DNA of 4,683 nucleotides from a virus (Duplodnaviria; Heunggongvirae; Uroviricota; Caudoviricetes): IMG/VR virus record IMGVR_UViG_638341084_000005; one strand, 5' to 3'. Shown piece by piece: positions 1 to 4,683 of this stretch (position 1 is its first letter; each line of letters starts with the position of its first letter). The notes under the pieces were generated by a model. It saw only the letters and a program-made list of their open reading frames with translations, ran no database searches and was not told where the DNA came from. The position numbers and the translations under genes were made by a program.

Positions 1-1
1 T

Positions 2-157
2 CGGCTTAAGTCAGGCATAGCCGGTCTGATACACCTCGGTATTCGATATGCAGATGTTGAGGTCATGAAAATTGCTGGAGATGCCCAGCTTTCTACCCCA
101 TGCACTGACAGCATCATAAACAGCATTGCAACAGGCATTCGCATCAAAGGAGAGTGA
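2..157 (+). CDS. Hypothetical phage protein, C-terminal 51 codons (5' end outside window)
   Basis: Frame open from the window edge to TGA at 155-157. The stop lies 1 nt before the ATG of the next gene, consistent with an operon. No recognisable motif in ...RLKSGIAGLIHLGIRYADVEVMKIAGDAQLSTPCTDSIINSIATGIRIKGE. Confidence 0.4.
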   Translation, partial: RLKSGIAGLIHLGIRYADVEVMKIAGDAQLSTPCTDSIINSIATGIRIKGE

Positions 158-158
158 T

Positions 159-674
159 ATGGCGTTAACACACCACGAACTCTGTCAGATTGCGTACAAG
201 TTCCTTAAGCGCAACGGGTTCAAGGTTTGCTTTCATGACCGCTTTGTTGCTGTAACCAGTACCGGAGAACAGCCAGATGCTATGGGATTCAGAAATTCAG
301 CATCATGCCTGATAGAGGCGAAGTGTTCTCGTGCTGACTTGTTGGCAGATAGAAAAAAGCGTTTCCGTAAAAATCCCTCACTTGGCATGGGCGACTGGCG
401 ATTCTTTATTAGTGAGCCGGAAATTATTTCAGTTGAGGATTTACCTCCCGGCTGGGGATTACTTCACGTTGTTAACGGAAGAGTACGGAAAGTACATGGA
501 TGGCCCAGGGGTAATTGCTGTTGGGGTAATCCTGACGATAAGCCATTTACTGGGAATAAGCAGGTTGAATGCGATTACATGTTATCTGCATTAAGGCGCA
601 TGGAGTTGAGAGGGCACCTTAATGAAATATATGACGGTGTGATTGTTAATAAGAAAGAAGGAAACGCGGCATGA
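159..674 (+). CDS. Hypothetical protein with a possible PD-(D/E)xK nuclease-like motif (171 aa)
   Basis: ATG at 159 is preceded by AAAGGAGAG 6 nt upstream; I prefer it to the TTG at 126 in the ORF track. The stop overlaps the next start (ATGA at 671-674). Translation has E(7)...GEQPDAMGF...CLIEAKCS in the order and spacing expected for a restriction-endonuclease-like fold. This is inferred by eye, not searched. Confidence 0.6.
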   Translation: MALTHHELCQIAYKFLKRNGFKVCFHDRFVAVTSTGEQPDAMGFRNSASCLIEAKCSRADLLADRKKRFRKNPSLGMGDWRFFISEPEIISVEDLPPGWGLLHVVNGRVRKVHGWPRGNCCWGNPDDKPFTGNKQVECDYMLSALRRMELRGHLNEIYDGVIVNKKEGNAA

Positions 675-1429
675 TCACTATTACCAAAGGGCGACTGCTG
701 ACAATCAAGCAGTGGCGCGAAACATACGGACCGGGTAGCAACGTTGTACTGCCAGCAGAAGAAGCGGAAGAACTGGCACGAATTGCACTGGTATCGCTGG
801 AAGCAGAGCCGGTGGCAAAGATTATAGCTCATTACCCATTAGGAGTTGACGTAGGCAAACAAAAGTTCGTACAGGCCATTGGAGAGCTTCCTGACTTTGG
901 CGGATATCTATTTGCCGCCCCGCCAGCGCCGGTAGTGCCGGAAGAAGCAACTCCGGAAAACGTAGAAATGCTCTCTGGCTATGTTTCCACGTACAAATTA
1001 ACCGATAGCGAGCGCGATATTGCTGCCGAAATATGGAACGCCTGCCGCACCGCCATGCTTCAGTCCGGAAACTTTCGGGAAAGCAAGAATTCGTCAACCA
1101 ATAATTTTCGGGAAATCCCGGAAGCGTCAACCAGCTCTCCGGTAACTCCGGCTCTTCTGCCTGGTGGTTTCACCATTGAGGAGGCGAAGGAATTACATGA
1201 AGACCTGGTACGCAGCCACATAAGCAAGGCCTTAAGTGGCGAAAAGATGAAAAAGAAAGATCGCGATGCTGATTTGCGCTGGATTCATGGCGTTATAGTT
1301 CAGGCAGCGTGGTTTGTAAAAGCATCACTGGAGCAGAATGCACTATCGGGCAACTCTCCGGTAACTCCGGATGGTTGGATAAGCTGTAGTGAGCGAATGC
1401 CGGACGACAGGCAGGAGGTGAATCAATGA
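671..1429 (+). CDS. Hypothetical phage protein (252 aa) with an S/T/P/N-rich repeat linker and a DUF551-like C-terminal motif
   Basis: ATGA overlap with the upstream gene and a GAAGGA purine tract upstream. C-terminus ...DGWISCSERMPDDRQEV resembles the start of the DUF551 domain seen in ead/Ea22-like lambdoid proteins (recalled, not searched). Contains in-frame repeats NFRE x2 and SPVTP x2. Confidence 0.6.
   Translation: MITITKGRLLTIKQWRETYGPGSNVVLPAEEAEELARIALVSLEAEPVAKIIAHYPLGVDVGKQKFVQAIGELPDFGGYLFAAPPAPVVPEEATPENVEMLSGYVSTYKLTDSERDIAAEIWNACRTAMLQSGNFRESKNSSTNNFREIPEASTSSPVTPALLPGGFTIEEAKELHEDLVRSHISKALSGEKMKKKDRDADLRWIHGVIVQAAWFVKASLEQNALSGNSPVTPDGWISCSERMPDDRQEVNQ
1135..1151 (+). repeat. 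17-bp direct repeat copy 1 (CTCTCCGGTAACTCCGG)
   Basis: Exact match to 1354-1370, read directly from the sequence. Both copies are in the same reading frame of the 671-1429 ORF and encode SPVTP. Confidence 0.9.
1354..1370 (+). repeat. 17-bp direct repeat copy 2 (CTCTCCGGTAACTCCGG)
   Basis: Exact match to 1135-1151, 219 bp (73 codons) downstream and in frame. Confidence 0.9.
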
Positions 1430-1509
1430 GCTGGCCTGATGCAATCGTAACTCTGGGGGTGGTATTCGCAGCAGCGTTTGTTGTGTTCTCGATTTGTCGA
1501 TGGGGATAA
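1426..1509 (+). CDS. Small hydrophobic peptide, 27 aa (MSWPDAIVTLGVVFAAAFVVFSICRWG), predicted single transmembrane helix
   Basis: Not in the ORF track (too short). Strong SD AGGAGG at 1413-1418, 7 nt before the ATG. The ATG overlaps the upstream stop (ATGA). An 18-residue hydrophobic core is flanked by a W/D N-terminus and an R/W C-terminus. Confidence 0.4.
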   Translation: MSWPDAIVTLGVVFAAAFVVFSICRWG

Positions 1510-1513
1510 CCAC

Positions 1514-1756
1514 ATGTTCGCTTTGATTCAACGCGGTCAGATATACACGGACAGAGCTGGATACCCCGTGGTGATTACTCGCATCACTGAGCACTCAGTG
1601 TTCTTTCGACGGATGGACGGACGATCCGGGCGGGTACGCATTGGTGAGTTAAACTGCCTGTTCGAACATATTGACCACCAGGAGTACCGCAAAATTCTCG
1701 CGGACACTGAGCAGGAAAAGCACCTGAAAAAATTACGAGCCATAAAAAGGAAGTAA
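1514..1756 (+). CDS. Small lambdoid-prophage protein (80 aa), DUF4222-like
   Basis: ATG at 1514 with GGGGA 8 nt upstream; I prefer it to the TTG at 1478. Pattern IYTDRAGYPVVITRITEHSVFFRR is reminiscent of DUF4222 proteins in enterobacterial prophages (recalled, not searched). Confidence 0.5.
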   Translation: MFALIQRGQIYTDRAGYPVVITRITEHSVFFRRMDGRSGRVRIGELNCLFEHIDHQEYRKILADTEQEKHLKKLRAIKRK

Positions 1757-1759
1757 AGA

Positions 1760-1894
1760 ATGAATAAAGCATTTGAACGATGGGTCCACCAGCGTTACGG
1801 CAATCGCTATGACCTGACGCGAGATGTTGACGGCTTCTACTGTCGTGAAGTTGTGAAGCGAATGTTTGAAGTGTGGTGCCACTGCCGTGGATGA
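1760..1894 (+). CDS. Small hypothetical protein, 44 aa (MNKAFERWVHQRYGNRYDLTRDVDGFYCREVVKRMFEVWCHCRG)
   Basis: Not in the ORF track. SD AAGGAAG at 1747-1753, 6 nt before ATG 1760. Starts 3 nt after the upstream stop. Has C-x11-C-H-C near the C-terminus. Confidence 0.4.
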   Translation: MNKAFERWVHQRYGNRYDLTRDVDGFYCREVVKRMFEVWCHCRG

Positions 1895-1912
1895 AAATTT
1901 TATGAGGTTGGC

Positions 1913-2167
1913 ATGCAGACAATCATCTATCAGATAACCCCCAGCAAATGGTGTACGGAGAGAGTCCTCATTGCATCAACAGGGCTAAAGCCTGGCACCA
2001 TTGAGCGGGCAAGAAGAAAGTCATGGATGCAGGGAAAAGAATACCGCCATTACGCTGTAGAAGGTGATCCGGGGCACTACAGTGAATGCCTGTACAACAT
2101 CGAAGAAATTATGCGATGGATCGAAAACCAGAAACAACCAGGTGCCAAAAATGCAAGTTCCGGTTAA
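1913..2167 (+). CDS. Putative excisionase / Xis-like DNA-binding protein (84 aa)
   Basis: Lies immediately upstream of int in the same orientation, as in lambda. GAGG 5 nt upstream of the ATG. Small basic protein whose W...TG..PGTIERARRK...G.EYRHY segment resembles winged-helix excisionases and DUF1233-type putative excisionases (recalled, not searched). Confidence 0.5.
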   Translation: MQTIIYQITPSKWCTERVLIASTGLKPGTIERARRKSWMQGKEYRHYAVEGDPGHYSECLYNIEEIMRWIENQKQPGAKNASSG

Positions 2168-2200
2168 CCTGTTAATGCTCCTGGACGTCTGGGAGGTTTA

Positions 2201-3487
2201 ATGAGTAACGCATCATACCCGACAGGCGTTGAAAACCATGGAGGATCACTCCGTATATGGTTTCACTATAATGGCAAACGTGTCAGAGAAAACCTCGGTG
2301 TTCCTGACACAGCCAAAAACCGGAAGATCGCTGGTGAACTTCGCACTTCCGTTTGTTTTGCAATCAGAATGGGGAGTTTCGACTACGCCGCGCAGTTCCC
2401 TAATTCCCCTAACCTGAAACACTTTGGTCTGGGAAAAAGAGAGATAACCGTTAAGGCACTTTCGGAAAAATGGTTGGACCTTAAGAAAATTGAGATTTGT
2501 GCGAATGCACTTAATCGTTACCAGTCAGTAATTAAAAACATGTTGCCTATGTTGGGTGAGAAAAAACTGGTTTCATCCATAACAAAAGAGGATTTACTTT
2601 TCGCAAGGAGAGATTTGTTGACCGGTTACCAAAAGCTTTCTAATGGAAAGATTTCTTCCATAAAAGGGCGCTCAGTGGTCACAGTAAACTACTATATGAC
2701 AACCATAGCTGGAATGTTTCAATTTGCAACAGATAATGGTTATACCTCAGGAAACCCATTTAACGGTCTGGCACCCTTAAAAAAGTCCAAGGTAAAACCA
2801 GATCCTCTCACCCGTGACGAATTTATTCGTTTTATTGAAGCTTGCCGTCATCAACAAACAAAAAACCTGTGGATTCTCGCTGTATACACGGGTATTCGTC
2901 ACGGGGAGCTGGTATCGCTGGCATGGGAAGATATAGATCTTAAAGCAAGGACTATAACCATCCGTAGGAATTATACAAAACTTGGCGAATTCACTCCACC
3001 AAAAACCGATGCTGGCACCGGAAGGACAATTCATCTGGTTCAACCAGCTATTGATGCTCTTAAAAGTCAGGCGGAAATGACCATGCTTGGAAAGCAACAT
3101 TCTGTAGAGGTAAAGCAGAGGGAATATGGGAGAAGTACTGTGCATAAATGCACTTTTGTTTTTAGTCCTCAGGTAATAAAACAGCGGCAGTTTTCCGGAC
3201 CGCACTATAAGGTTGACTCCATCAGGGAGTCATGGACAAGTATCTTAAAACGCGCAGGTCTGAGACACAGAAAATCGTACCAATCCAGGCATACTTATGC
3301 ATGCTGGTCACTTGCCGCTGGAGCTAATCCTAGTTTTATCGCAAGCCAGATGGGCCACACAAACGCACAAATGGTATTCAATGTTTACGGAGCATGGATG
3401 AAAGACAACAATCACGAACAGATAGAACTCCTTAACAAAAGACTATCTGAAAGTGTCCCATGTATGCCCCATAAGAAAGCTGGGTAA
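2201..3487 (+). CDS. int: Phage integrase, tyrosine site-specific recombinase (lambda Int family), 428 aa
   Basis: SD GGGAGG 4 nt upstream of the ATG. N-terminal arm-binding-type segment GSLRIWFHYNGKRVRENLG. Catalytic-domain hallmarks: Arg in VYTGIRHGEL, box II YQSRHTYA, GHTN, and the presumptive nucleophile Tyr in NVYGAW (codon 3386-3388). The 3' end abuts the host junction. Confidence 0.93.
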   Translation: MSNASYPTGVENHGGSLRIWFHYNGKRVRENLGVPDTAKNRKIAGELRTSVCFAIRMGSFDYAAQFPNSPNLKHFGLGKREITVKALSEKWLDLKKIEICANALNRYQSVIKNMLPMLGEKKLVSSITKEDLLFARRDLLTGYQKLSNGKISSIKGRSVVTVNYYMTTIAGMFQFATDNGYTSGNPFNGLAPLKKSKVKPDPLTRDEFIRFIEACRHQQTKNLWILAVYTGIRHGELVSLAWEDIDLKARTITIRRNYTKLGEFTPPKTDAGTGRTIHLVQPAIDALKSQAEMTMLGKQHSVEVKQREYGRSTVHKCTFVFSPQVIKQRQFSGPHYKVDSIRESWTSILKRAGLRHRKSYQSRHTYACWSLAAGANPSFIASQMGHTNAQMVFNVYGAWMKDNNHEQIELLNKRLSESVPCMPHKKAG

Positions 3488-3530
3488 AATAAAAACTTGC
3501 AAAATCAATTAGTTTACCCTTAATCCCTGT
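3488..3530. other. Prophage/host attachment junction; the crossover core lies somewhere in this AT-rich interval
   Basis: Lies between the int stop (3487) and the first codons with MlrA-like translation (IPVTLRAWQRRYGLLKPQ from ~3523). The exact core cannot be set without the other prophage end or an uninterrupted mlrA sequence. Confidence 0.45.
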
Positions 3531-3867
3531 CACGTTACGCGCGTGGCAGAGGCGTTACGGGTTGCTGAAACCGCAACGGACAGACGGCGGTCATCGACTG
3601 TTCAACGATGCCGATATTGACCGTATCCGCGAGATCAAACGCTGGATCGACAACGGCGTGCAGGTCAGCAAAGTTAAAATGCTGCTCAGTAATGAAAATG
3701 TTGATGTGCAGAACGGCTGGCGCGATCAGCAAGAAACATTACTGACCTACCTGCAAAGCGGCAATCTGCATAGCCTGCGAACGTGGATCAAAGAGCGCGG
3801 TCAGGATTACCCCGCCCAGACACTCACCACACATCTGTTTATTCCTCTGCGCCGACGACTTCAATGT
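3523..3867 (+). pseudogene. mlrA: mlrA (yehV) fragment: MerR-family regulator missing its N-terminal ~15 codons (prophage insertion) and its C-terminal half (IS66 insertion)
   Basis: Translation ...PVTLRAWQRRYGLLKPQRTDGGHRLFNDADIDRIREIKRWIDNGVQVSKVKMLL... is a MerR-type HTH domain lacking its first helix and matches my recollection of E. coli MlrA. The frame is open back to 3493 with no ATG start. The MlrA-like sequence ends at ...RRRLQC (~3867), where IS-terminus sequence begins. The track ORF 3562-3975 is a chimeric read-through. Confidence 0.7.
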
Positions 3868-4683
3868 AAGCGGCTCGCCAGAACCGTATTGATATTTACT
3901 GAGAGGTCAGATCAACTTTCCAGGGCAACAGATCGCGTACCCGGTTTGCCGGCCAATCCTGGATATGCTCAATGACGTAACGCAGCCATTTTTCTGGTTC
4001 CACATTGTTCAGACGGCATGTGCCGATCAGCGAGTACAACACCGCCGCATGTTCGCCACCGCTGTCGGAACCCGCGAACAGCCAGTTTTTCCGGCCTACG
4101 GCCACTCCCCGTAAGGCGTTCTCTGCGATGTTGTTGTCGATTTCCACCCAGCCATTACTGCAGTACACGTTCAGGCCATCCCACTGTTTCAGCAGGTATG
4201 CGAACGCTTTTGCCGTATCCGAGTGACGCGACAGTGTTTTCATCTGAGTCTGTATCCAGTCATACAGTGACTGCATCAGTGGCGCAGCTCTGGCTTTTCT
4301 TGCCGCCAGACGCTGTTCTGCTGTACATCCCCGGACTTCTGCCTCTATGGCATACAGTTCACCGATACGCTGCAGGGCTTCCGTGGTGATGTCGGTGGGC
4401 ACTCTTGCATGCACATCGTGGATTTTTCTCCGGGCATGAGCCATACACGCGGCTTCCGTTATTCTGCCGGATTCGTATAACACCCGGTAACCACCGTAAG
4501 CATCGGCCTGAAGCACACCGCTGTAACCGGCCAGATGATTTTGTGGATGGATACCTTTCCGGTCCGGTGAGTACGCGAACCAGACCGCCGGGGGCATTTC
4601 CGAACCGGCGTTACGGTCATCACGGACGTAGACCCACAGCCGGGCGGTCCGGGTTTTACCGCTGCCCGGCTCTGACCGGGACG
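3866..4683 (-). mobile_element. IS66-family insertion sequence, right end (partial; continues beyond window end)
   Basis: Terminus begins GTAAGCGG at ~3866, consistent with the GTAA start typical of IS66-family ends. The transposase stop lies 30 bp inside. GC content is clearly higher than in the adjacent int gene. Confidence 0.8.
3896..4683 (-). CDS. IS66-family transposase (TnpC-type), C-terminal ~262 codons; 5' end outside window
   Basis: Minus-strand frame is open from the window edge to the stop at 3896-3898. Translation includes ...[16 protein letters not shown]... and [33 protein letters not shown]...[12 protein letters not shown]...[10 protein letters not shown], the conserved C-terminal signature of IS66-family transposases. 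The ATG at 4597 used by the ORF track is internal. Confidence 0.9.
   Translation of the reverse strand, partial: SRSEPGSGKTRTARLWVYVRDDRNAGSEMPPAVWFAYSPDRKGIHPQNHLAGYSGVLQADAYGGYRVLYESGRITEAACMAHARRKIHDVHARVPTDITTEALQRIGELYAIEAEVRGCTAEQRLAARKARAAPLMQSLYDWIQTQMKTLSRHSDTAKAFAYLLKQWDGLNVYCSNGWVEIDNNIAENALRGVAVGRKNWLFAGSDSGGEHAAVLYSLIGTCRLNNVEPEKWLRYVIEHIQDWPANRVRDLLPWKVDLTSQ

Larger units (their letters stand above)
1..3525 (+). mobile_element. Integrase-proximal end of a lambdoid prophage (partial; continues upstream of the window)
   Basis: Eight co-directional, translationally coupled ORFs ending in xis-like and int genes directly next to a disrupted host gene. The order cargo ORFs -> xis -> int -> att matches the 3' end of a lambda-type early-left operon. 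Confidence 0.8.

Noticed and set aside
331-594. + strand alternative-frame ORF 331-594 (87 aa)
   Set aside because: It lies entirely inside the better-supported 159-674 gene in another frame and has no SD.
575-1130. Minus-strand ORFs 575-832 and 822-1130 from the six-frame track
   Set aside because: They are antisense to, and fully embedded in, the coupled + strand genes 159-674 and 671-1429. They have no RBS and no recognisable motifs, and are most likely frame artefacts.
1343-1922. Minus-strand ORFs 1343-1594, 1537-1743 and 1584-1922
   Set aside because: They are antisense to the tightly packed + strand operon (micro-ORF, DUF4222-like gene, 44-aa ORF), overlap each other in different frames, and have no start context.
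2100-2200. pI-like, cII-dependent promoter (TTGC-N6-TTGC) upstream of int inside xis
   Set aside because: I found no convincing TTGC-N6-TTGC box or sigma70 -35/-10 pair by eye. int is probably expressed by read-through of the operon; an internal promoter cannot be excluded.
2229-3205. ORFs 2229-2417 (+) and 2777-3205 (-) within the integrase gene
   Set aside because: Both are embedded in the integrase CDS, whose frame carries the full tyrosine-recombinase signature. The minus-strand ORF is a typical AT-rich antisense artefact.
3504-3516. IHF-like site AATCAATTAGTTT in the att region
   Set aside because: It matches the WATCAANNNNTTR consensus at 12 of 13 positions but fails at the final R. 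A single near-match in AT-rich DNA is not convincing without footprinting or conservation.
3535-3732. Minus-strand ORF 3535-3732
   Set aside because: It is antisense to the mlrA fragment, with no support.
3562-3975. Track ORF 3562-3975 (137 aa) taken as an intact gene
   Set aside because: It is chimeric: the first ~100 codons are an internal part of mlrA (TTG start inside the HTH domain, true N-terminus missing) and the rest is read-through into the IS66 terminus. It is annotated as a pseudogene fragment instead.
4005-4389. + strand ORFs 4005-4226 and 4018-4389
   Set aside because: They are antisense to the IS66 transposase, which carries clear family motifs, and their Pro/Ser/Arg-rich translation is typical of GC-rich antisense frames.
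1-4683. tRNA gene at the integration site, CRISPR array, or Shiga-toxin genes
   Set aside because: The junction is inside a protein-coding gene, not a tRNA. There are no regularly spaced repeats. No stx-like ORF lies in the window, so toxin carriage cannot be asserted.

Overview
This window is the integrase-proximal end of a lambdoid prophage inserted into the 5' part of the host MerR-family regulator gene mlrA (yehV), followed by an IS66-family insertion sequence that interrupts the mlrA remnant a second time. Positions 1 to ~3525 carry eight tightly packed + strand phage ORFs (1-4 nt gaps or ATGA overlaps, most with Shine-Dalgarno motifs), ending in a putative excisionase (1913-2167) and a lambda-type tyrosine integrase (2201-3487). 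The phage/host junction lies at ~3490-3530, the N-terminally truncated mlrA fragment at ~3523-3867, and the right end of the IS66-family element at 3866-4683, with its transposase on the minus strand running off the window. I saw no tRNA, rRNA or CRISPR array. Nothing here can be shown to be a new system from sequence alone; the only candidates are uncharacterised cargo ORFs upstream of xis: a 171-aa protein with a PD-(D/E)xK-like motif, a repeat-containing 252-aa protein, and a 27-aa hydrophobic micro-ORF. All family assignments are from reading the translations and from memory; no database search was run.
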